Shown here: piece by piece, positions 39,401 to 45,093 of the stretch | Position numbering within the stretch: position 1 is the stretch's first letter | Layout: each line of letters starts with the position of its first letter | Origin: Bacteroidota bacterium | Lineage (GTDB): Bacteria > Bacteroidota > Ignavibacteria > UBA10030 | NCBI GenBank assembly: GCA_041695085.1 | Contig: JBGFRO010000023.1 | Location: 70,559 to 134,558 of the forward strand | Length of the DNA stretch: 64,000 nt | Direction: 5' to 3' | Translations under genes and position numbers: made by a program | Notes under the pieces: model-generated | Seen by the model: the letters and a program-made list of their open reading frames with translations, nothing else | Told to the model about the DNA's origin: nothing | Database searches by the model: none

Positions 39401-41325
39401 CGGGCGGCGCATTTACGGCAACGGGCATTGTGCGATTCACTGGTGCAGCTCCGGAGATCAGCGCATCGAACTTCGGTACGCTCGAACTCAATGTCGGTGC
39501 ATCGGGCACCGCGATTGCCACGGGCATCCACACGTCGGACAATCTCAACCTTGTGACCGGTACATTTGATCCGGGTGTGTACGGACACACCATCGCCAAC
39601 AACTTCACCCTTGCAAACGGCACGCGCATCCTTGTCCGTGGTGCGGAGTTCGTCACCAATTACAGCAAGATCCCAACGTCCATTGGAACGGCAGGGGTTG
39701 TAGAGTATGTCAGCAGTGATGCACAAACTGTCAATCAAACGATCACCTACGCCAATCTTAAATTAACGGGGAGTGGAGCAAAGAGTGCAGGTGGGGCATT
39801 GACTGTGACCGATTCGCTCATCATCTCCAACGGATCAACCCTCAGCGGCGTCTCCTACAATCACCAGATATCCGGACAGTGGGTGAACAACGGCACCTAC
39901 ACCGCAAGTACCGGCACGGTTACCTTCACGGGCACAGCCGCACAGACCATCGGCGGGAGCAGCCAGACGACGTTCAACAACCTTGCAATGAACAAGTCGG
40001 GCGGATCTCTTACGCTCAATCTCAATACTATCGTCAACGGCACGTTGACGTTGACCTCCGGAAACGTGACGACCGGATCGTTCAAGCTTACGATGGGTCC
40101 CAGTGCAACGGTCAGCAGGACGAGCGGACATATCGTGGGCAATTTCGAAAAACATATCGCTGCCGGACCGACCAGCAAGACATTTGAGATTGGCGACGCC
40201 TCCAATTATACGCCGGTGACGGTCGCGTTCGCAAACGTGACGGCCGCCGGGTATCTCACTGCCCGCACCGATGCAGGAGATCATCCTGACATCCTCAACT
40301 CGCCTGTGCTCGATACGGAGAGCATCAACCGACACTGGACGGTAACGAATTCCGGCATCTCCTTCACCAGCTACAGTGCGACGTTCGTGTTTGTAGCAGG
40401 GGACCTCGATCCTGCCGTCAACACGAGCGAGATGATTATGGCGAAGTATGACGCGGGTGTCTGGAGCGAGCCGACCGTCGTCAATCGTACGCCCACCAGT
40501 ATTGAGATTTCAGGTATGACGTCGTTCAGCCAGTTCCAGGGAGGTAATCCCTCACGGGCCGATTTCACGTCGGTCACCACCGGTAATTGGAATTCTGCTT
40601 CCACGTGGGATCGAAATCGCGTGCCGAAGAAGAATGACAACGTGACGATCAGCGCCTCGCACGTGGTGACGCTGACGGATAATCGGGAGATCACCAACGT
40701 GACGGTCAACGCCAACGGCGAGTTTGCTCACAACAGCGGCACGACGTTATCGGTCTACGGCGATTTTGTCCTGAACGGAACGTGGAGCGGCAGCGGAACA
40801 ATGAGCTGGAAGAACGACGGGAACTCGATCACCGGAAGTGGCACGACAAGCGGCACGCCGGTGCTGCAGGCGGAGGGGAACAAGGACATTCTCGCTTCCG
40901 CCTCGCTGACGCTCTTCCGCATCCACATCTTCTCAGGCAAGACAGTGACGAACAACGGCACGATGACTCTGACGAGATTAACGGGGATCGATGGGACGTC
41001 GACATGGACGAATGCGACGAATTCAAACCTCACCGTTCTGCAGGATTTGTTGACAACCGGAACGCTCACGGCGACGGCTTCGGGGAACACGGTGACGTAC
41101 GGCGGCAACTCGGCACAGACGGTGAAGTTGACAACCTATCATCATTTGGCCTTTAGCGGTTCGGGTACAAAGACGATTGGCGGTTCAATGAGTGTGCAAG
41201 GGAATCTTATTGTGAACACCGGTTCACCGCTGTTGGTGAATGCGAGCGGCAATCTGCAGGTGAACGGTGATTTTGAGAATGGTGGATTTGTCACGAACGA
41301 TGGAATCATCAATGTTGGAAATTAA
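27418..41325 (+). CDS. Giant (about 4600 aa) secreted repetitive beta-helix-like surface protein / putative adhesin
   Basis: Uninterrupted 13.9 kb ORF. A likely signal peptide MRRVLLVLLALAGISLLAHA starts at GTG 27466 (the longest ORF starts at GTG 27418). Composition is dominated by T/S/G/N/V with 30-50-aa beta-strand repeats (GTVTLNNGASxxNSGTLSFxNLTIxG). There are four full and one degenerate ~895-aa super-repeats, each starting with the NWNxPATWG..GTPTEGVNYPGP block. No recognisable T9SS C-terminal domain. Confidence 0.8.
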   Translation: MARFLDIVPLFTRIAAVRRVLLVLLALAGISLLAHADSYQSRQTGVWSAKTTWVTTTNLSGTITVSTATPTVTGSGTAFLTEYQVGDLVIRNNAAFTVIGTIASIESNTQLTLTANSSISASGITYRRGRVPGSADDVTVTGTNVTVTLDANVAVNSLSVTHLGGNNTTTTFDVSSLTLNVTGNVSVAGGSGNRFGRLQVGGGALTIGGNLSIANANATFDLGAGSNSTLNIAGSMTNSGTFTPGTSSTVNFNGTSAQTLPITGFTYANIRLNNAAGVTLGGAITATNVTGDIRVQSGIFSNNGNGIAGNAAKTFEVANGAIFQVTGTSAFPSNFTVSLGSSSNVEYTGTTQTVSAQTYGNLLLSGSGTKSSTASVTVVGTLTQSSSGTFSLGASLTVNKVNITAGTLQDNGNTITVTGTGANTWVMSGTFTTSGTTIFTGSAPEIGSSNFATLQIDIGAANTAIATGALSMTNFTLTSGTFNPGAFSHTISTNFTLATGTRLLVTQTTFGGNYSKNPTTVSGGSTVEYQATGSTIANFTYSNLTISGTVTGASTATVGGVFNVTGSFTPSGGTITFTDGASITNSGTATFSSLTIDNGATVTTSSSFGVLGTLSVGTGGNFTPSGSSTVTVNGGTITNAGTLSFQNLTLSATVTANTSYAVNGALSVSGTLNATVGTVTLGNLSTFTITSGSVSFFGLAISGSTTANQSYEVKGALTVTVSGVLNPTSGTVTVNGGSISNSGTLSFQNLTTAGTVTMNTSFTVKGSFTNNGTINQTSGVLTMSGGSSIGGTGGLTLHSLTIAGATTGTGNFTVNNVLTLNANLAMGSNVLTMGPSATTSGLFDVTGSVQRTSFALATEYTFGSAYTTLQFASATTLPTSVIVNTTVGSAPSGKSDAINRYYQITETGGTGYSATLRLRYKTGELNGNTETTLELWRDIGSGYANFGRSDINTSDKWVQRTNISALNAGWTLANKPTFLFTAGNSGDWNNPATWGQTGTPTEGVNYPGPVDSVTISDNFTVTLTANHSALAVTIQASNAAGTTLLDVDTYNLVIGAGGLSIVGGDADTKIARVRVAGGTLSVTGPITLTASSAPRAVLDISSGVSTLNVGGALTKSGTATFSAGTSSSVNFNGTSPQTIDVANFSFANVRVNNTHANGAALNAAVTTSNLSGNLRVLSGTLSNGGFAITGDPLKTFEVANGVTFILTGTSSFPTGFGTKTLGATSTVRYEGTTQTIAQESYGNLVIGGSGAKSVNSALTISGTLTHLASTTTLSGTSGDDLVVGKVVLTGGTLVDNGRTIMVTGTGAGTWDKSGGATFTSTGITVFTGAAPQIGASNFSTLQINVGSGNTATATGALTPANFTLTSGTFDPGAYTHTISTDLTLNSGSRLLVKTTTYGANYSRIPDTILSGSTIEYTATGSTVETINYYNLTISGTVTGSSTASVDGVFTVSNSFEPSGGTITLNNGASLVNSGTLTFSNLTIANAATATTSSSFSVGGTMSVGTGATFAPGGTVTLNGGATLSNAGSLVFQNLTLGGAVTANTSYTVNGTLAGGGTLDATSGTVTLGSGATISTSGSVSFFNLTVNGPVTANASYTVKGTLTVGASGNLNPTSGTVTLTNGSSATNSGVLSFFNLTISGTVSLNTSFTLKGTLTNSGTVNQTSGTLTTQTGAVISNTGTLELNNLTVSGATTGSNNFTVNGTLTLNATLAMGSNILTMGSSSATAGTGDVTGTVRRTSFTIGTPYTFGNQFTSINYTSASALPTSVDVAITIGSAPPEKSDAILRTYAITQSGGSSTVATLRLHYLDSELNANDESSLNLWLKSGSVYVDTGSTAFDITDNWVERSGLTALTTSWTLANFAPTGFIAVASGNWNAPATWGLSGTPQEGVNYPGPNDIANINGNFTVTVTTNQSVRKIVMQPTGTPKTARVNINEGLTMTVGTGGIVMTSNLNGRVAQINGPSVTLNVNGSISMSAGSTSDAVINLTGGSGVSTMNLKGSISRTDATSGTITFSSSGILNMNGTGGQTLDVRSCTFGNIHLNNTSSSGVELLGAITTTNVLGNLLVQSGIFNNSGYAIAGNTGKTFQLGAGTTFILGGTSSFPTGFTTSIDPTSTVNYSGGAQSVSDRAYGNLILGGTGSKTITSSISVANNFTYSSSATTSLSATSGHNLTTKTFTLTGGTFNDNGRTITVTGTNTQVWNKSGGTFNATGTVNITGAGAQIGASNFGSLNINVGIGNTATALGALTMSEFTLTTGTFDPGTALHTISSTFTIGDGTTLLVRNSSFGANYSSNPTTQSGSTVDYMNATASISNAFTYRNLKVSGSVTGGTNATVNEKFTVTGTFTPSSGKMIFNNGAEIINNGALTFRKLQITNGATVTSLSNFSINDSLIVGQNAVFQPTGTISFVTGGAIDVNPTVLNEGILTFNNLNVSAPVSTSSSFSVSGTMNVQANGEINPSAGKIVFTGGSSIVNSSVLSFYRVELTGPVTANTNFSVKDSLIIGPSGSLNQTSGSVTLENGAKVRNNGNLIFNSLSVTGTVTVDQSYSVTSSLNVGSGGNLTATVGTVSFSGGASISNTGTLSLNNVTIGSGTATANQGFAIAGTLTLNGDLAMGTNILDLGTTATITGLGDVTGYVRRAGTFSLSTSYTFGSQFTSITFASGTPPTSITVNVVKGSAPVEKPEAILRYNDISASGGGTYTATLRLRFLTGELNGNDPSTLSLWRKVGVSPYADSGRSANDLVNNWVEKSGLDGITGIWTLSRQNPGGFIAVQTGSWNNPATWGLSGTPTEGINYPGPSDIANIINNVTVTLTANQSALRVNVEGPTSDGTALLEVGAYTLTIGTGGLRLTGGTSDSRIAKVTVAGGTISVNGDVIFNTSSAVRSQLDLSLGSNSVLALTGAMTKNTAGTFVPGTTGVVNFTSTTGGQTLNVSAFTFSNIRVNNTGGGLAPDAAITTSNVTGDIRVQSGAFNNGGFAIAGNTGKTLEVANGATFNLTGTSSFPTGFTISLGTTSTVNYAGTGQTISNQSYGNLTLSGSGGHSISTALNVAGTFTYSSSGTTSLSSTAGHDLTTNKFLQTAGTFSDAGRTIIVTGSGSSTWSKTGGTFNATGIVRFTGSAPQIGASNFATLEIDVTGGNTASAIGSLTPTHLVLTSGTFDPGSSLHTIATNFTLASGSTLKVNTSTFAGNYSKSPTTVSSNSTVDYTSSTATLSNAFTYANLRVSGTVTGSSSPAVGGAFTVTGTFNNPGGTVTLNNGASIVVSGGTLNFSNLTVAAGDTATSASSFGVYGALSVGTGATFTPSGTVTMFGGSSISNSGSLTFGTLFVAGTITANTSYSVSQSLSIGLAGDLTATSGTVTMTGTSTISNLNALQLYTVVFSGTTTSSSNFSVAQSLSVGASGSFTASGGTVTMNGGSSIANSNSLTFYNVTTGSGTITSSSDFNVAGTLTVGAGSTFNPTGTITMNAGSAITISGSSSFNHLTIAGGTVTGNTNITVSGTLTLNGTFAMGSNILDLGVSTPLIAGTGDVTGNVRRQGTFVTGTAYSFGNRFTSINFASGSLTGSVTFNISIGSAPAEKLDAILRKYAVTESGISGYSATVRLHYLDSELNGNTASAMTLWYKSGSSYINQGRTGSVDETDKWVEKNSITALVGDWTLANQPAVGFTTVATGNWNDPATWGLTGTPTEGVNYPGPTDIANVTGGFTVTISATHSVLTLNVTGNTNGPAVLSVGAQSLTVNGNMTLTGGNTNARYARVNVAGGTLTVKGNITFSTGTAVRAVLDLSGAANSVLNIGGTMSKNTQGTFTPGTSSITNYNGTSAQTINVTNFTYAHLHTNNTSGSGASLGAAITATNVTGNLRVQSGIFSNAGFGVTGGAGDTIEVSSNAKLQLTGTTGFPTGFSTTTLASTSTVEYLGTTQSVANLPYGNLTLGGTGSKTIASALSVTGTFTYSSSASTSLSGTAGHDLTTGKFVLSNGTFVDNGRTILVTGTGSGVWNKSGGAFTATGIVRFTGAAPEISASNFGTLELNVGASGTAIATGIHTSDNLNLVTGTFDPGVYGHTIANNFTLANGTRILVRGAEFVTNYSKIPTSIGTAGVVEYVSSDAQTVNQTITYANLKLTGSGAKSAGGALTVTDSLIISNGSTLSGVSYNHQISGQWVNNGTYTASTGTVTFTGTAAQTIGGSSQTTFNNLAMNKSGGSLTLNLNTIVNGTLTLTSGNVTTGSFKLTMGPSATVSRTSGHIVGNFEKHIAAGPTSKTFEIGDASNYTPVTVAFANVTAAGYLTARTDAGDHPDILNSPVLDTESINRHWTVTNSGISFTSYSATFVFVAGDLDPAVNTSEMIMAKYDAGVWSEPTVVNRTPTSIEISGMTSFSQFQGGNPSRADFTSVTTGNWNSASTWDRNRVPKKNDNVTISASHVVTLTDNREITNVTVNANGEFAHNSGTTLSVYGDFVLNGTWSGSGTMSWKNDGNSITGSGTTSGTPVLQAEGNKDILASASLTLFRIHIFSGKTVTNNGTMTLTRLTGIDGTSTWTNATNSNLTVLQDLLTTGTLTATASGNTVTYGGNSAQTVKLTTYHHLAFSGSGTKTIGGSMSVQGNLIVNTGSPLLVNASGNLQVNGDFENGGFVTNDGIINVGN

Positions 41326-41834
41326 ACGGTTCATGATGGAAAAGAGTATGAAGACATATGAGCCCCCGCTCTCTTTGGACAAGCACGATGAGTCTTGGCG
41401 AATGAATGTCCGTGATCAACGTTTGATGAGAGAATGCGTGAGGATGAACAGCTCCTCCCCCTGTATCCCCCTCTGGGAGGGGGACACCACCTCATCATCC
41501 TATCTGATTGGTACACCGGTGCTGCAACGTGTTACTTCGCCTTGCCCGCCGCGCAACATATCCCCCTCCCCGAGGAGGCAAGGGGGAGGAGCTTGTTCAA
41601 GCTTTGTTCCCTGTTCAGACGACAAGTTTGATTCTTTAATATTCACTTTTCGGTAAGGACTCATCAACAATGCAACCAACTCACAAACAACAAAGAAAGG
41701 AGGCACGTATGAATGCGAACGCCTGTCGCCCGCCTTAGGGTTGGCGACTGCCCGAGGTTGTGCAAAAAGTTCGATGAACGCGCTGTGTCAGTTCAAGATT
41801 TCCGCAATTCAGTTTGTTTTCGCGGAAGCTTGGT

Positions 41835-41853
41835 GGCGGGACGGCGTCCCGCC
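41835..41853. promoter_or_regulatory. Perfect palindrome GGCGGGACG-g-CGTCCCGCC
   Basis: 9-bp arms with a single central base, in the intergenic region between the giant gene and the 469-aa paralog. Confidence 0.4.
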
Positions 41854-41924
41854 CTACATCTTGCACAACCTCGTTCGGGTTCCTGACGTGAGCACTCAGG
41901 TTTCCCGGCCACGGCAGTCCACGC

Positions 41925-41994
41925 TTCACCATTTACAGTTCACGATTCACGGTTTACGGTTCACTGTTTACCGTTCACAGTTCACTCTTCACAA
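41925..41994. repeat. Ten tandem imperfect heptamer repeats TTYACNN
   Basis: ttcacca tttacag ttcacga ttcacgg tttacgg ttcactg tttaccg ttcacag ttcactc ttcacaa are contiguous. The array sits about 130 bp upstream of the 42124 start codon. Confidence 0.85.
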
Positions 41995-42123
41995 TCAAAC
42001 AAAGGAGCAGTAGTCATGAAAACGCAACACGCAGTACCTGATGGTGACCGGAAGGTCAATCGACAAAGCAACACAAACAACAATCAACATATCAATAAAC
42101 CAATTTCAAAAAGGAGCAAAGTC

Positions 42124-43533
42124 ATGAACGCAGTCAAATTCTTCCGCGCGGGGCTGTTGGCCCTGCTTACACTCGTCTTTGGCATCGAATCGATGTACAG
42201 CCAAGGCGTTCTTAAGAATGGCGGGGTGTTCAGAAATACTGGGAACTCCACGTTCAAAGAGATCCAGAACTACAAGGGTACGAGCAATGGGACGATAGTG
42301 AACAGCGGTACGCTTTCCACTACCACTGCTGCGGGAGGATCGGGTAAGTTCAGGAATACGGATGGATCGGCCCGGGCTGGTACGGTCAGAAACTACATCG
42401 GCGGTATTGGGAACGGCACCGCCGTTGTTGCTGACTCGCTGTTTACCAACTTCACGGGTGCAACATTCGATAATGACAGCTCGGCCGGCCTGTCAACTCT
42501 TCGTATCGCGGGTGGGTTACTTACCACCGGAGGAACGTTCGATACGGATAGTGGTCGCGTGTGGTACAATGGTGGTACTCAAACGATCGTGGCGACCACC
42601 TATGGGGTGCTTGTGACCGATAACAGCGGTACGAAGACATTGGCAGATAGCATTGTGGTGAGGGATTCGTTGAGAATCGATAATGGCTCGACGCTTGCGG
42701 TAAGCACATTTCGTATGAACCTGTTAGGAGCAACCAACGTCGCACAGAACACGGGTACGCTGAGTGCGGGCTCGGGTACCGTTCGTTACGCGGGCGATCT
42801 GAATCAGTCGATCATCCCGACGCAATACAAGGTTCTGACGCTCACGGGCTCAACTGGGGCAAGAACAAAGACCTCTGCCGGTGGCCTTTCGTTTGCGTCA
42901 AGTGGACAGTTGACGGTTGACACGAACGATACACTCTTCGTCTCCTCGGGTAATCTCGACCTGAGCACCAATAGTCCCACGCTGATCAACAGTTCAGCGA
43001 TCAAGTTGGCCGGCGATGCGACGTTCCATGGCGGCATCTCCAACGCGGGTAACTTCTACTACGCTGGTACAAGCGCCCAAGCAATCGGTGGAACCACGTA
43101 TGCAAATCTGCGCCTCGGAGGTAGCGGTGGGAAGAACTTCCCGTCAACCACCGTCGCCGTTACGGGTAACTACTCCATCGATGCCGGTACGGGCACGCGC
43201 AATTACAGCACGGGCACCTTCCAATTTGCTGGAACGAGTACTCAGACCATCTCCGGTCTTTCCGAGACCTTCTATATTCTCCAGTTTGCAGGTTCCGGTG
43301 CAAAGAATCTTTCCGGTACTTCAATGGGTGCCGCGCGACTGGATATTCTCGGAACAAGCGGTGTTGTCACGAACGACGTGACTACTGTAACCCTGACAAA
43401 CGTCTCCAACATAAGCTTAACGATCGCTTCTGGACGTGAACTCGTGAACAACGCAGGAAAGACGATCACCATGAATGGCGATCTCGAGAACGATGGTATC
43501 ATCACGAACGCTGGAACGATTAGCGTGAACTAA
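42124..43533 (+). CDS. Secreted beta-helix-like repeat protein, short paralog of the giant protein's repeat unit
   Basis: AAGGAG RBS; MNAVKFFRAGLLALLTLVFGIESMYSQG signal peptide. The same S/T/G/N-rich repeat style as the giant protein. The C-terminus NGDLENDGIITNAGTISVN* mirrors the giant protein's end NGDFENGGFVTNDGIINVGN*. The longest ORF starts at 42016, but that extension is polar and lacks signal-peptide character. Confidence 0.7.
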   Translation: MNAVKFFRAGLLALLTLVFGIESMYSQGVLKNGGVFRNTGNSTFKEIQNYKGTSNGTIVNSGTLSTTTAAGGSGKFRNTDGSARAGTVRNYIGGIGNGTAVVADSLFTNFTGATFDNDSSAGLSTLRIAGGLLTTGGTFDTDSGRVWYNGGTQTIVATTYGVLVTDNSGTKTLADSIVVRDSLRIDNGSTLAVSTFRMNLLGATNVAQNTGTLSAGSGTVRYAGDLNQSIIPTQYKVLTLTGSTGARTKTSAGGLSFASSGQLTVDTNDTLFVSSGNLDLSTNSPTLINSSAIKLAGDATFHGGISNAGNFYYAGTSAQAIGGTTYANLRLGGSGGKNFPSTTVAVTGNYSIDAGTGTRNYSTGTFQFAGTSTQTISGLSETFYILQFAGSGAKNLSGTSMGAARLDILGTSGVVTNDVTTVTLTNVSNISLTIASGRELVNNAGKTITMNGDLENDGIITNAGTISVN

Positions 43534-43821
43534 GATCGCTTCTCCTAACGTTGTTCGCTTAGGAAGCGATTGCAGCTATGGTGTGCAGTGATGCATCGAG
43601 AGGGAGAAATCTGATGCTTTTTCTCATTCCGAAATTTGAAGGGGAAGAAGTAATGAGCACTCCCATATCGATCTCACCGTACACGATGGCATATTAAACA
43701 ACCGCATGGGAAGAAAACCATGGCATATCTTCAAGCACTCGGTCCACCCGAGGATTGTACCGCGGAGGTGCCCTTTGTTCGGGCTCCCATCTGGTTCAGG
43801 CCGCGGGAGGCGATCCTCGCA

Positions 43822-44338
43822 CAGATGAAGGTTACCTTCAACAAGGATCATCCTGTGAGGAAGGTGACCTTCGACAGGACGGCTGAGAGAACCTTCCGAA
43901 GGGCGAGAGAAAGTCCAGTGAATCTTCGGAAGATGACAGGGATAGGTCCGCCCGGACTGTTCGTTTGGCCACGTGAAACGATCAGTTCGATGTGGGATAC
44001 ATCGTTCCGCCGCCCACGGGTGAAGGTCACCTTCAACAAGGATCATCCTGTGAGAAAGGTGACCTTCGACAGGACGGCTGAGAGAACCTTCCGAAGGGCG
44101 AGAGAAAGTCCAGTGAACCTTCGGAAGGTGACAGGGATAGGTCCGCCCGGACTGTTCGTTTGGCCACGTGAAACGATCAGCTCGATGTGGGATACATCGT
44201 TCCGCCGCCCACGGGTGAAGGTCGCGTTCAACCGGGATCATCCTGTGAGGAAGGTAGCCTTCGACAGAGAGAACCTTTGGAAGGCGACAGGGATAGGTCC
44301 GCCCGCGCAGATGAAGGTTACCTTCAATAAAGCTCTAG
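43822..44338. repeat. Tandem array of a 195-bp unit (2 full copies + 1 diverged partial) rich in GAAGGTNACCTTC / CCTTCGGAAGG palindromes
   Basis: Units at 43827-44021, 44022-44216 (near-identical) and 44217-about 44330 (diverged). The array is bracketed by CAGATGAAGGTTACCTTCAA. The six-frame ORFs across it (43720..44382 +, 43624..44241 -) show repeated peptide blocks and are probably artefacts of the DNA repeat. Confidence 0.85.
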
Positions 44339-44939
44339 GGAGTATTCTACCCATGCGATCAGATTCATATCAGATTTTGTGATGACACACAGATCACACG
44401 TCGGACAATGTCGTAAGCGGATCAGGCGTCGGTTTACTGCTTCGAGGCATCATGTTCCGCGACCGTTGTCATTGTTTGTTTTTCCTTCTGGCGAAGCGCG
44501 AGCGGTTGGAGTTTTTCCCGTTGATGCGGGACCCATGTGGGGCTCCTTCTCCATTGCTCGGCGCAGCGTGCAGGGAAGGCGTATGCCGCGGAGTGCACTC
44601 GCGGCGGGACGCGTGTGGCGTTATCACATATGTCGTTGCGTTTTCGTGTTTCATCTACTTCTCCGTGATGATCGGCAGGCGGCATGTTGCACCTTTCCGC
44701 GGGCTCGATCACAACCGGGAAAGTTCCTGCTCAGTTCTTTCCCGATGACTGAAGGGGAGTGCCATGAGTGTTGATCGACATAAGTTGAGAGACACGGAAC
44801 TCCTCCAACCGGTGGCAGAGAGAGAAGGTGAGTTCGCTCCTTCTCGCCTTCTCTCCACCATCGTTTCGCGAGCAGAGTGGTTCAGAGGAGGTTACAAGTT
44901 CTTACTGAAACAGATTCACAGATTGGAGAAGAAGATTTG

Positions 44940-45050
44940 GATAAAAAGGAATTTCCCTATAGGGAAGAAACCCACACAATTATCGGCATTGGCATGGAGG
45001 TACACAGAATTCTCGGGAATGGAAGAGGGTCGTTCTTTGAGGAATGTTAA
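44940..45050 (+). pseudogene. Possible N-terminal remnant of a GxxExxY-family gene
   Basis: Frame at 44946-45050 reads KEFPYREETHTIIGIGMEVHRILGNGRGSFFEEC*. It matches the family N-terminal signature (compare IIGAAFKVHNSLGKG in the intact gene at 7644..8036). There is no start codon and it terminates after about 35 codons. Confidence 0.35.
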
Positions 45051-45093
45051 TCCGTGAATCTGTGGTTCATCCTTTAACTGATGGGAGCTTCCA

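Noticed and set aside
27490-41108. Dozens of 60-300-aa ORFs on the minus strand and in alternative plus frames inside the giant gene, and similarly inside the 45094..50313 gene, including duplicated ORFs at 47203/47809
   Set aside because: These are antisense or off-frame shadows of a high-GC, repetitive coding region. They duplicate exactly where the sense gene duplicates.
41267-41656. 129-aa ORF overlapping the 3' end of the giant gene and the C-rich intergenic region
   Set aside because: Low-complexity, Pro/Ser/Cys-rich translation of C-run DNA. It overlaps a much better supported gene and has no RBS.
43624-44382. Overlapping ORFs on both strands (220 aa and 205 aa) encoding internally repeated peptides
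   Set aside because: The protein-level repeats simply mirror the 195-bp DNA tandem repeat. There is no RBS or signal sequence, and the ORFs exist in opposite strands simultaneously, which is the usual behaviour of repetitive non-coding DNA.
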